NCBI GenBank assembly: GCA_028712125.1
Contig: JAQTQS010000001.1
Location: 3,526 to 67,525, forward strand
Origin: Candidatus Altiarchaeota archaeon
GTDB lineage: Archaea > Altiarchaeota > Altiarchaeia > IMC4 > SCGC-AAA252-I15
Length of the DNA stretch: 64,000 nucleotides
Direction of reading: 5' to 3'
This document shows, in pieces, positions 8,501 through 16,464 of this stretch. Made by a program: the position numbers and the translations under genes. Below the pieces are notes generated by a model that was given only the letters and a program-made list of their open reading frames with translations, ran no database searches and had not been told where the DNA came from. How positions within the stretch are numbered: the stretch's first letter is position 1; each line of letters opens with the position of its first letter.

Positions 8501-11172
8501 AAGTCCTCGCCCCAAATTGTGCCGTCGCAATGGCCGCTTATACATTTGGCGTCAAACCAGCCGCAGTCGCCGTGGCCGTTGCCGAGCATATCACCCTGGT
8601 TGTCGGTCTCAGCTGCGCATAAATTGTCTTTAGCTTCAAAGTCTGGTATTATGTGGAATTCAGGCGTCACCTTGAATACCATGTCCCAGAGCATCCTCTT
8701 GTTGAACTGGCGGTAGTACTTCAGCTCGGACCTAGTCTCGCCCTCGTTGAACGGGTCTATCCGCCACATGTCTCCGACAACCGTGGAACCGCCGGGATTG
8801 TGGTAATACAGCGGATCCTCGTCATTCCGCTTTAAATCGCCCTGATGGGCCGGCCGCGTAGCCTCGACCTTCGGTGCATTCCAATTTGTGGTCTTTGGGC
8901 TTACAAACCAGTAACGGTCGGTAGCAGCAGGGTCGAAATAATCGATAAGCCTGGGAGGGGACAGCTTCCAGTAGATTATGGGATTGTTGACGGTATTTTC
9001 TAAAGGCCATGCGGCGGGCGATCGCCAATCCGTGACTTTTGGATATTCCGTGTAATTGTAGATTCTGTTTTGCATCGTGTAGTTATACGTTGTGCCGCCG
9101 TGCCAAGGTCCTTGCGTATAGTAATCAACCGCACCGGCACAACCAGAGCTGGTTCCGTCACTGCTATTGCCCCATGGAATTAGGTAAAACTTAGTGGACC
9201 AGCAAGTATTCGGGCGGCAACCTAGGTTAAAGGCTAAACGATAGTCGAATCCTTTCCAGTGTACTGTCGAATGGTTCACAAACGACGCGCTGACGTTGGA
9301 GCTGATTGATTCTATCGACTCGTTGACGATGTGCTTTCGGTCTGGAATACCGAGCTCGAAGTCGAACGCCTTGTCGTCGTACTCCTCGTCAGTCCCGAAA
9401 AACCAGCTCAACCAGCCGCCCCTCTTCCACGGATTCCCGTTGTCATCCTCGTCGTCAATGTCGTTAAACTGGAAGTAGTCGGCTGTCATGCCGGGCGTTT
9501 CGGACGGATCCGGCTGCTCCCACTCGAAGTAACCGCACTTCTGGCTCATAAGCGGATTTCTGAGCGAGCTGTCCTGGAAGCCCATTTCGTAGGAGGCAGC
9601 AAGCGCGGCCCCATAGCTGCATGTGAAATTCCCGGGACCGCACTTGTCGCTCCAGAAGGCGTCTGAGTCTGTCCGGCAGCCGAGGAGCCTGCCCGCGGAC
9701 TTTAAATTCCAATCCCGGAGCGTATAGACGTTCGATTCCCGTATCCTTTGCAGGTCTGACGGGTTTACCATGTGGGTTGAGCCTCTCGACTGCATCGACG
9801 TGGTGTAGTAGTACATCAAGCCCAAGTTCGCGCCATGCCTGGATTTGTTCAACACGGTTATGTAAACCATGGGGAAGTCAAATAGCTTGCCGGCGTCGAT
9901 GGCTTCCCACTGGCAGTCATTAAAGCCGACGTCTTTAATCTGCGCATCGTAAGAGGTGGATGTGGTGGTCCATTGGAGGCGAACGTTTTTGCACATGTTT
10001 GTAACGTTCACGTTGTAAGGCAGGTCGCAAGCGCGCACAAGTATGTAATCCATGCAGTAGTCGTAGTACCCCTCGTCGGTTGGCGTCCCGACCCCCGTGA
10101 CCGGGTTGACGCAACCCTGGGGGGTGTTCCGGCAGGCGTCCATGGCAGCGGCGATGTCCTTGCGGACATCGATTAACTCCCTGTCATCAACCGCTATGGG
10201 CGAGTAAACCCCATCAACAACGGTCAGGTTCAGGTACTCGCTTGGGAGCGTCCCATCTTCATAGGCCCGGTCTACCTTCATCAGGACCAGATACCTCTTC
10301 GGCTCGTCCTCCTCGCTGGAGCGGGCGCAATAGGGTACGTAATCGTTCTCGATGGCAGTCTTCCTGTCGCGGTTGGCGGCATTGTCCTCGCAGTAGCTGG
10401 CGCTATAGGTGAACTGGACTTCATCGTCGGTAATGCCGGTAACCTCTCCGCATTCGATGGTGCCGTCGTTACAAACCTTGACTGCGCGTATGTAACTCTT
10501 GAAGCTGTCCGGAGAAACTGGCATCGGGTCGTGGTCGACATCGAAGCCCATCGTCCCGCGCCCAAGCAACTTGCCCATTTTGCTGACGTTCAGACGCACA
10601 TACCAGACTGTCCCGCCGGCCCCGGCGCCGGACTCGCTCGGCGGGTCGACCGACCCGCGGAATCCGTCAACGTAATCCGGCACGTATTCGGGCGGCTTGC
10701 CATTGCACGTGTCTTTCATGGGGGCGCAGCAGCACAATGATTTCTTGAACGATCCCTCGTACTCGCCTGCCATGCAGCTTGCATCCCCGTTAATGTCGTG
10801 CATCCAGCCTTCGGGGCACATGAATTCCGACTTGTCGTCGCTGTTGGAGTAGATGCACTCCCCCCCGTCAGCGTCCGGGTCCATCGGGTCGTCCAACGTG
10901 GACCTGACGCAAGTCCCGTCTCCGCTCGCGTCGCACGTGAGGAAATCACAGCACTTCGCATCCGGCGGAAAGTCGGGCAGATTCTGGCAGAAGTCGTTGC
11001 CATCCGGCATCTCCCGCTGGCAGTACACGCCGCAGTCCCCGGGCTGGCAGTCCGGGCTTATACTTTCCGGCAGCGATTCATCGCACGGTGTCTGGGCGCT
11101 AGCGATTTGACATGCTGCGAGAAGGAGACCGGCTATTGCAAGGAAGGCGATTGACAGTTTCCGTGCATTCAT
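5512..11172 (-). CDS. giant (1886 aa) secreted cysteine-rich surface protein with a C-terminal TM anchor; unknown family
   Basis: The N-terminal signal peptide is MNARKLSIAFLAIAGLLLAACQIASA. There are over 100 Cys in clustered C-x-C / CC motifs, and the protein is Trp/Tyr/Asn/Asp-rich with many N-x-S/T sequons. The C-terminus has one hydrophobic helix (AWVIIVVFLALMSY) followed by a basic tail. The ORF is uninterrupted. Confidence 0.7.
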   Translation of the reverse strand: MNARKLSIAFLAIAGLLLAACQIASAQTPCDESLPESISPDCQPGDCGVYCQREMPDGNDFCQNLPDFPPDAKCCDFLTCDASGDGTCVRSTLDDPMDPDADGGECIYSNSDDKSEFMCPEGWMHDINGDASCMAGEYEGSFKKSLCCCAPMKDTCNGKPPEYVPDYVDGFRGSVDPPSESGAGAGGTVWYVRLNVSKMGKLLGRGTMGFDVDHDPMPVSPDSFKSYIRAVKVCNDGTIECGEVTGITDDEVQFTYSASYCEDNAANRDRKTAIENDYVPYCARSSEEDEPKRYLVLMKVDRAYEDGTLPSEYLNLTVVDGVYSPIAVDDRELIDVRKDIAAAMDACRNTPQGCVNPVTGVGTPTDEGYYDYCMDYILVRACDLPYNVNVTNMCKNVRLQWTTTSTSYDAQIKDVGFNDCQWEAIDAGKLFDFPMVYITVLNKSRHGANLGLMYYYTTSMQSRGSTHMVNPSDLQRIRESNVYTLRDWNLKSAGRLLGCRTDSDAFWSDKCGPGNFTCSYGAALAASYEMGFQDSSLRNPLMSQKCGYFEWEQPDPSETPGMTADYFQFNDIDDEDDNGNPWKRGGWLSWFFGTDEEYDDKAFDFELGIPDRKHIVNESIESISSNVSASFVNHSTVHWKGFDYRLAFNLGCRPNTCWSTKFYLIPWGNSSDGTSSGCAGAVDYYTQGPWHGGTTYNYTMQNRIYNYTEYPKVTDWRSPAAWPLENTVNNPIIYWKLSPPRLIDYFDPAATDRYWFVSPKTTNWNAPKVEATRPAHQGDLKRNDEDPLYYHNPGGSTVVGDMWRIDPFNEGETRSELKYYRQFNKRMLWDMVFKVTPEFHIIPDFEAKDNLCAAETDNQGDMLGNGHGDCGWFDAKCISGHCDGTIWGEDFCCEDGTTWDTSAGCCQTCGVYQREIHHNDYCRYKIQNGNRWGNDCRCGKAEGGCRNNDECMPGLNCTANPYVHCFGGCGNWNKACCPADALLWNGIECVPAPGTPVIQKDATIYTRTRGNALSGVKERGGGPIWFHFAAGGNLPNETEAGGTYTATEYCQKFIGSGCDDGGWMSSDPDFGSYFNTQICPYAWDYMRDQGGIWDESKNLGNDRVREDVIVDDIWSQTGPNPDGATGCNVWTPQHYWCSNLEGCNCYPNYATLTGPGDWTNRIAPQSGENPYWVCDGALQNPDGKTPEPPESCGKSCRKLLMKPEYLSYPVLAWFDYMISENSGAGANGKMPAGPNVLPLEAPWNFLHVGASVLTHNLNDQTTSFQITMNYSALHTIIRQPLAQECFWYGCNAYQYCHWIDYYKLCDDGEFPMNGFYYKDCDSPCGECEVGTYPCCPSGYYPNGTCILWENCNYPLDLGTEVHNTPTGPIVVNCQVIYRWRGCIHCWGAWTHNPCAYPVSSEDPLGGFQQARPDALEEINDTSSVYAKPYGGHLETSRPLGNPGSHAFVNVYGFIDYNWGGSPSDADYRRYRVNGSLRIGSIDLRQNDLIGGFDMVVPDSTMVNFIAKDYPPIHELYILDSTISKEVITINSKMQDMLFLKPCKGGSEDYWHYMINPFKKYYYGTQGRIQEKNGKTRTFFMAIGEPYSWDVQLTCDDGTWFKDPSKEQVGLFRNFHEDEAKYWDLVGFYSQPKDLQESETSMGGKQASGSETFEFKKVAEEESAISSKIAFSPQTKLYTLNFSTQSIESEKFEDSILRIYSDFRHIEIHPFRTEDGQALSCGNDHITEAVGSVWKNVYMRHPVELDVEPVSETPTHICFRVTGTDQCDGSELRMGRYKLDFNFPYTQYSGIYSIGQIIRAPTCIEKRSRRITFNADYFGYGPASGQAGYQTSLKELEIEVAYKNFLDYLLENAWVIIVVFLALMSYRFFEARRMDFQDMWDEWKGKK

Positions 11173-11179
11173 TTTTAGA

Positions 11180-11245
11180 CTTGCGTATATTAATGCCGAC
11201 GCCGCATGGCTTATAATTTATAATATAATATACTATTAATTTTCG
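11180..11245 (-). promoter_or_regulatory. AT-rich putative promoter (TATA-like boxes) upstream of the giant surface-protein gene
   Basis: The 116-bp intergenic region between the S2P stop and the giant-gene start is very AT-rich (tataatttataatataatatac, ttaatatac) in an otherwise GC-rich locus. Confidence 0.3.
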
Positions 11246-11288
11246 CCCTATATAACCGTCATAAACACCACCGCCAGGTTTGAGAAAA

Positions 11289-12401
11289 TCATCGACGCCC
11301 ACGCGATAAAACCGTTTTATAATAAAGGTTGTAAAAATGCGTTAATTCCGCAAAAAGCTCCGGCGTAACGTACCCAACAACAACCGAGCCGTCGACAACA
11401 AGCGTAATATCCCTCGCCAAAAACTCCCTCATCCCGTCGGCAACGCTGGCCCCGGAGCTGACAACGCCATAGCCGTCCTGCGCGACCGCGCCAACAGTAA
11501 GGGCATCGCGCCCGGGCGCCAGACGCCCAAGACTTTGGACGTCCAAGACACCGCGCAGGCTGCCGTCCGGATTCACGACAAGATAAAACCGTTCCTCAGG
11601 CCGGGCGACCACACGCAGGAATTCCGCCACCTTAAGCCGGCCGTCAACGACCGGCAGCTTGTGACCGGAGGAGACCAGTTCGCGCATCGACATGCCGGAA
11701 AATGTGTTTCTGAGCATTACGAACTGCACTTCAACGCTGCTGGACTGGGATAAGAACCAGCTCATGACTATCAGCCATATGCCCCCGGAAAAGAACGTGA
11801 GCAAACCCAGGACAAACATCGCCATGAAGATGAGATTGCCGAAGGCTCCGGCTATCTTCGTCGCCCTGACGTAATCAAACCACAATGCCAGCATGGACCT
11901 GAGCACCCGCCCGCCGTCCATCGGAAACGCGGGAATCATGTTGAATGTGCCGAGCACAAGGTTTGACATGACAAGCATGCTCATCACGAACGACGGCGTG
12001 AAGACGCCCATATTCCCGGAATCAAGCATGTTCAGAACGTCGAAATAGCCAATAAGCCCAAGACCGGATAATTTCATCAACAGCAGGCAGACGCCGGCAA
12101 GGAAGAAATTGAAGAAAGGCCCGGCGAGGGATATCCTTAGCTCTTTTACGGGGTTCTCCGGGATTTCGATGCTGGAGAGGCCTCCGAAGGGCAGGAGGAT
12201 TATCCTCGGCACCTTGATGCCGGAGAGAATCGCCGCAATGGAATGACACAGCTCGTGCGCGAGGACGAGCGAGAAGACCACAAGGATGAAGAGCATGTTG
12301 GGGAAGCCCAATAATGCAAAAAGCAGGAAGAACAGGATGAATGTCAGGTGGACTTCTACCGAAATGCCGGCCACGCGAAAAAGCCGAAAAGAGCTGCGCA
12401 T
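11289..12401 (-). CDS. site-2 protease (M50 family) with C-terminal CBS domains
   Basis: The HExxH motif (AHELCHS) lies in the first TM region, there are several TM helices, and the C-terminal ~120 aa have a CBS-pair-like pattern. Confidence 0.8.
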   Translation of the reverse strand: MRSSFRLFRVAGISVEVHLTFILFFLLFALLGFPNMLFILVVFSLVLAHELCHSIAAILSGIKVPRIILLPFGGLSSIEIPENPVKELRISLAGPFFNFFLAGVCLLLMKLSGLGLIGYFDVLNMLDSGNMGVFTPSFVMSMLVMSNLVLGTFNMIPAFPMDGGRVLRSMLALWFDYVRATKIAGAFGNLIFMAMFVLGLLTFFSGGIWLIVMSWFLSQSSSVEVQFVMLRNTFSGMSMRELVSSGHKLPVVDGRLKVAEFLRVVARPEERFYLVVNPDGSLRGVLDVQSLGRLAPGRDALTVGAVAQDGYGVVSSGASVADGMREFLARDITLVVDGSVVVGYVTPELFAELTHFYNLYYKTVLSRGRR

Positions 12402-12407
12402 TTTGAC

Positions 12408-12896
12408 CTAGCCCCGCTGGACCGCAGTGACGCCGGTGCGCGCGACCTCCTTGATTCCGAAGCCCTTCACGACGTTGATGAAGGCCTCAACCTTCGCCGA
12501 ATCCCCGGTAAGCTCGACCGAAAGCGACTTCGGGGAAACGTCGACCACGCTTCCGCGGAACACGTCGGCGTACTGTATGACATGCTCCTTCGTCTTGTTG
12601 TCGGGCGTGTGAATCTTGACGATGCAAAGCTCCCTGCAGACCGACGTCTCGGGCGAAAGCTCTACGACCTTAATCACATTGACGAGCTTGTTCAACTGCT
12701 TCTCAATCTGCTCGACAATCCTGTCCTCACCGCGCGTGAGGAGGGTCATCCGGGATATCGACGGATTCTCCGTAGGCCCGACCGAGATGCTGTCTATGTT
12801 GTACCTTCTGCGGGAGAAAAGCGACGAAACCCGCTGGAGCACGCCAGGCCGGTTCTCGACCAAGACCACGAAAATATGCTCGCTTCCTTCGGTCAT
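12408..12896 (-). CDS. ilvH: ACT-domain protein, acetolactate synthase small subunit (IlvH/IlvN)-like
   Basis: IFVVLVENRPGVLQRVSSLFSRRRYNIDSISVGPTE is a typical IlvH ACT domain. The protein is 162 aa. No ilvB is adjacent. Confidence 0.65.
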   Translation of the reverse strand: MTEGSEHIFVVLVENRPGVLQRVSSLFSRRRYNIDSISVGPTENPSISRMTLLTRGEDRIVEQIEKQLNKLVNVIKVVELSPETSVCRELCIVKIHTPDNKTKEHVIQYADVFRGSVVDVSPKSLSVELTGDSAKVEAFINVVKGFGIKEVARTGVTAVQRG

Positions 12897-13014
12897 AAGT
12901 ATAACTTACAACTTGGCCTTTAATAATCACTAGGGGAAAAACCAAGACAGGGGAGGCATGTATGACGCCGTGGAACACTCTTTATTTAAACGAAAAACGA
13001 ATCATTATTCCAAG

Positions 13015-13791
13015 ATGTATCCAAACGAAGGGGAGTTTATACTCGGCACGGTCCAAAGCCTGTTCAAGCAGGGAGCGTTCATAACCCTCGACGAATACCC
13101 GGGCAAACGCGGGATGCTGCCGCTGTCGGAGATATCGCTCAAATGGGTGCGCAACATCCGCGACTACGTGAAGGAGGGCCAAAAGGTCGTACTGCTGGTG
13201 CTTCGCGTGGACCCGGAGAGAGGCCACATCGACCTGTCGCTGCGCAGGGTTAACGACGCACAGAGAAAGCAGAAGCTGCAGGACATCAAACAGGAGCAGC
13301 GGACTAAAAAGATTCTCGAAATGGTGGCGGCCGAACTGAAGGTCAGTTTCCAGGAAATCTCGACGAAGGTCACATGCGAACTCACACTGGAATACCCGAG
13401 CATCTACAAGGCGCTTGAGGCCATAACGCTGGACAAGGCTGCGGCAGACAGGTTCAAGATTCCGGACAAATGGAAGGCCAAGCTCGTCGAGATAACATGC
13501 AAGAGCATAAAGCCGCCGTACGTCGAAATCAACGGGTATGTGGAGCTGCACAGCTACGAGCCTGACGGGATTGACGTCATAAAGGAGTCGCTCCAGAGGA
13601 TGTCCGGCAATACGAGCGACGCGGAGATAGGCATAAGCTACATATCGGCGCCCATCTACCGCATACACGTCAAGGCGCGCGACTACAAGACAGCGGAAAA
13701 GGCGCTCCAGCATTCCGCGGACTTGGGCATTGCCTACGTTGAGGAAAAACACGGCACCGGCGAATTCCACCGGGAGCTCAAGAAACAATGA
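13015..13791 (+). CDS. translation initiation factor 2 alpha subunit (aIF2alpha)
   Basis: There is an S1 domain (GEFILGTVQSL...GMLPLSEIS) followed by a helical domain. Nop10 follows, which is the conserved archaeal arrangement. The track ORF begins at 12958; the internal ATG at 13015 gives a canonical length. Confidence 0.85.
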   Translation: MYPNEGEFILGTVQSLFKQGAFITLDEYPGKRGMLPLSEISLKWVRNIRDYVKEGQKVVLLVLRVDPERGHIDLSLRRVNDAQRKQKLQDIKQEQRTKKILEMVAAELKVSFQEISTKVTCELTLEYPSIYKALEAITLDKAAADRFKIPDKWKAKLVEITCKSIKPPYVEINGYVELHSYEPDGIDVIKESLQRMSGNTSDAEIGISYISAPIYRIHVKARDYKTAEKALQHSADLGIAYVEEKHGTGEFHRELKKQ

Positions 13792-13943
13792 GCATGAAAA
13801 AATGCACGTCCTGCGGGACATACACGCTCAAGGCTGAATGCCCGGCATGCGGAAAGATTGCTGCAAGCCCCCACCCCGCCCGGTACTCGCCAAACGACAA
13901 ATACGGCGAATACCGCAGAAGGATGAAAAAAGAAAACATTTGA
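13788..13943 (+). CDS. nop10: H/ACA ribonucleoprotein complex subunit Nop10
   Basis: This 51-aa ORF is absent from the track because it is under 60 aa. MSMKKCTSCGTYTLKAECPACGKIAASPHPARYSPNDKYGEYRRRMKK is a Nop10 zinc ribbon. Its ATG overlaps the aIF2alpha stop as ATGA. Confidence 0.8.
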   Translation: MSMKKCTSCGTYTLKAECPACGKIAASPHPARYSPNDKYGEYRRRMKKENI

Positions 13944-13946
13944 ACG

Positions 13947-14711
13947 ATGGAAAACTCGATCATCACAATCCTGGAAAAACCCGACCTGAAAAATCCGATA
14001 CTCATAGAAGGATTGCCCGGCATCGGGCTTGTCGGAAAGCTTGCCGGCGACCACCTGCTTGAAGAGCTCAAGGCGAAAAAGATAGCCGAACTGCACTCCC
14101 CGTACCTGCCCCCGCAGGTGAACATACAGGAAGACGGCACGATAAAGCTCGTGAACATGGAATTCCACAGCTGGACCAACGGCACGCAGGAGGTAATACT
14201 ACTCACGGGCGACTTCCAGGGGATAACCCCGGACAGCCAGTACCAGATGGCTGAAAAGACCATTGACTTCGCAAAACAACTGAACGTCAAACGCATCTAC
14301 ACGCTCGGCGGGCTGGCCACCGGGAACATCACTCAGAAACCAAGGGTGTTCGGCGCCGCAACCAGCAAGAAAACCGTCGAGGAGCACCAGAAATACGACA
14401 TAACGTTCAAAGGAGACGGCGCGATATTCGGAGCCTCCGGACTGCTGCTCGGACTCGGCGCAAGAAGCGGCCTAGACGGCGTCTGCCTGATGGGCGAGAC
14501 GCACGGCCAGATAATAGACGCAAAATCCGCAGAAGCCGTGCTGCGGGTGCTTACCAAGATACTCGGAATCGAAGTGGACATGACAGCCCTCGAGAAAAAG
14601 GCCAAGGACACTGAAAAACAGATGAGCCAGATAACCAAGATGATAGCCGGCCACCAGCAGAACCGCAAGAGCGAGGACTACCCCGGCGAGGCCACCAACT
14701 ACATACGATAG
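13947..14711 (+). CDS. PAC2-family proteasome assembly chaperone (COG1938/DUF75)
   Basis: ILIEGLPGIGLVGKLAGDHLLEEL matches the family. It occupies the conserved position after aIF2alpha and Nop10. Confidence 0.6.
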   Translation: MENSIITILEKPDLKNPILIEGLPGIGLVGKLAGDHLLEELKAKKIAELHSPYLPPQVNIQEDGTIKLVNMEFHSWTNGTQEVILLTGDFQGITPDSQYQMAEKTIDFAKQLNVKRIYTLGGLATGNITQKPRVFGAATSKKTVEEHQKYDITFKGDGAIFGASGLLLGLGARSGLDGVCLMGETHGQIIDAKSAEAVLRVLTKILGIEVDMTALEKKAKDTEKQMSQITKMIAGHQQNRKSEDYPGEATNYIR

Positions 14712-14734
14712 GCATTTCGCGCTCATAGGAAAAG

Positions 14735-15130
14735 ATGGACGCCGTCAGCGTGCTGGAAGAGTACAACAACATCCTTTCCGACAGGACGGCTTTCGCCGTG
14801 CTCCTCGTTCTCGCCGCCCTCGTCGTAGTCGCAAGACAGCAGGAATTCCGAGCCCGCACGAGGATGGTGCTCCTATCCTTCATGCTCTTCATGGCCTTCC
14901 TCCGGACGGCCCCTTTCATCTACGAAAAAACCCAGTCGATTATGGCAGTCTACGCCGCCGGGGCGCTCACAGTAATAATAATTTATACGCTGCACAGGCA
15001 TACCACCACAGCCGCAACCAAAGCGCTGGACAGGGAATTTACGGATTGGAAAAAACAATCAAACGTGAAAAACGCCAGGTCGCATCACGGCGTTGACGGT
15101 GCTGAAACGAGCCGGCATGAGGCCGAATAG
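14735..15130 (+). CDS. hypothetical membrane protein
   Basis: The ORF has three hydrophobic helices and no recognisable motif. Confidence 0.35.
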   Translation: MDAVSVLEEYNNILSDRTAFAVLLVLAALVVVARQQEFRARTRMVLLSFMLFMAFLRTAPFIYEKTQSIMAVYAAGALTVIIIYTLHRHTTTAATKALDREFTDWKKQSNVKNARSHHGVDGAETSRHEAE

Positions 15131-15197
15131 GTTAACGATGCTTGCGAAAGTTGGCATACGCCGCTAGTCAAGCACTCTTGTGCAGTCGTAAACTGAA

Positions 15198-15261
15198 TTT
15201 TTCTTTCTTTGAACCCAAGGGCCTTTCTTTCTTTTTTCGCAAAAAAGAAAGAAAGGGGCTT
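15198..15261. repeat. 64-nt direct repeat, copy 1 (the tRNA 3' trailer); copy 2 is 15324-15387 inside the intron
   Basis: tttttctttctttgaacccaagggc[c/a]tttctttcttttttcgcaaaaaagaaagaaaggggctt occurs twice, 126 bp apart, and the copies are identical except for one substitution. Copy 1 abuts the tRNA discriminator base and supplies a T-tract on the minus strand, which looks like a terminator. Confidence 0.85.
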
Positions 15262-15305
15262 GCGGGGGACGAGGTTCGAACTCGCGCAGGCCTTCGCCAC
15301 AGGAT

Positions 15306-15387
15306 AACTTAAGTTCCTTGGGTTTTTTCTTTCTTTGAACCCAAGGGCATTTCTTTCTTTTTTCGCAAAAAAGAAAGAAAGGGGCTT
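15306..15387 (-). other. tRNA-Leu intron (82 nt) containing two hairpins
   Basis: The interruption falls between anticodon-loop positions 37 and 38. The intron holds the perfect 16-bp inverted repeat CCTTTCTTTCTTTTTT-GCG-AAAAAAGAAAGAAAGG and a second hairpin CCTTGGGTT...AACCCAAGG. Confidence 0.6.
15324..15387. repeat. 64-nt direct repeat, copy 2 (the core of the tRNA-Leu intron)
   Basis: See copy 1. This copy forms the 5' two-thirds of the intron. Confidence 0.85.
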
Positions 15388-15448
15388 CCTAAGTCCTGCT
15401 CATTTGACCAACTCTGACACCCCCGCGTAAGTAAAATTGGGATGTTCC

Positions 15449-15460
15449 CGCTTTTTATCG
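15449..15460 (-). promoter_or_regulatory. putative TATA box for tRNA-Leu
   Basis: On the minus strand ATAAAAAG lies 25-32 nt upstream of the tRNA 5' end at 15426. Confidence 0.35.
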
Positions 15461-15818
15461 GGACTTCATATTATAGGGATTCCAGTGAATAAAAGCCTAT
15501 TACGAGGCTTCTGTATGCGTTTTTTCGTTTTCCAAGCCCGCTGGTTTGGGTTGGAGTATCAAGCACTGTGCTTGATACTAAGGAGAATCAAACACCCTGC
15601 TTGATTCTCCTCTTTCAGCCTTTTCAGTAAGGTATTTAGACAACGAAAAATAGAAGACGCAAGCCCTAAAAACAAAAAAACGTCTACATGCCCTGTTGAA
15701 TCCTTACTCTGAGAAAGCCAAAACCTATCAAGAGGCTAGGTTGCACCAGAACAAACAAACGACTTACAGAAACAAACGAAAGGGCTTGACGTTGTATCCG
15801 GTTGGGTGTACATTAATC

Positions 15819-16289
15819 CTACTTTGGCTTTAATTGCTTATCTTTGGCTGACTTTCTGCATGGAGATTTACTTTTTTTAAATGCTGTTAAGATAGTTTTT
15901 TGGTCAAAGGAATTAAGCTCTAGCCTATTGAATTGCTGAAATACATAAACCTGGTATCTAGGAGTTTCTTTCTTTTCTTTGGATTTCTTTTTTATCAGCT
16001 TCTTTAAGGTATCTAGTATTATCGTAATAATGCCTGCCTTGGCAAGTTCTCCTAAAAAATCAGAAATAATTTCTGGACCACACTCATGCCGGATTAATGT
16101 AATACGAATTCTGTCTTTTGGACTAATTACTTCAATATTCTTGTAATCAATATCCTTTACGTTTAAATCGAGTTTTTCAAGCTCCTGAACAAATTCATCA
16201 AATTGCGCTCCTTTTAAGTCTAAGTAGTGATCTTTTGTTTTGAACCATATTGCCACACCCGGACTTTTACATTTATCACAATAGTCCAT
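15819..16289 (-). CDS. hypothetical protein (island)
   Basis: The ORF is AT-rich with a Lys-rich C-terminus and no motif. Confidence 0.4.
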   Translation of the reverse strand: MDYCDKCKSPGVAIWFKTKDHYLDLKGAQFDEFVQELEKLDLNVKDIDYKNIEVISPKDRIRITLIRHECGPEIISDFLGELAKAGIITIILDTLKKLIKKKSKEKKETPRYQVYVFQQFNRLELNSFDQKTILTAFKKSKSPCRKSAKDKQLKPK

Positions 16290-16464
16290 AAATAGAATAT
16301 TCTACCTAAAGAAGATAAGACAGTTTTCGAGTAAACCACCCCGAAGGGAATAGACGTCCGTCAGGATAGGTAGGACATATTATCCTTGGGAAGTCGATGC
16401 TGTATGCCCGGTTTAGCCGTTAAGGGCGTCCAGCATTTAGCAGGGAATAGAAGCTATTCGCTGG

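Larger units (their letters stand above)
15261..15426 (-). tRNA. tRNA-Leu (anticodon UAG) with an 82-nt intron at the canonical 37/38 position
   Basis: On the minus strand the acceptor stem is GCGGGGG/CCCCCGC (7 bp, perfect) with A73. The D-arm carries G18G19. The anticodon stem is CAGGA/TCCTG, and the loop is CTTAGGA, giving anticodon TAG with G37. A 14-nt variable arm (TGGCGAAGGCCTGC) makes this a type II tRNA. The T-arm is GCGAG-TTCGAAC-CTCGT. Exon 1 is 15388-15426 and exon 2 is 15261-15305. The intron (15306-15387) ends in CTTAAG, which can pair with the anticodon-loop CTTAGG in a BHB-like arrangement. Confidence 0.7.

Noticed and set aside
12982-13821. 279-aa minus-strand ORF covering aIF2alpha
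   Set aside because: It is antisense to a highly conserved translation factor gene, and its composition is Arg/Leu/Val-biased.
15262-15300. A tRNA read on the plus strand starting at GCGGGGG (15262)
   Set aside because: No D-arm or anticodon arm follows on the plus strand. On the minus strand the same bases form the 3' acceptor and T-arm of a complete tRNA-Leu once the intron is removed.
15198-15387. CRISPR array interpretation of the 64-nt direct repeats
   Set aside because: There are only two copies. The units are 64 nt and internally palindromic with a 126-bp period, one copy is inside a tRNA intron, and no cas genes are present. This is not CRISPR-like.
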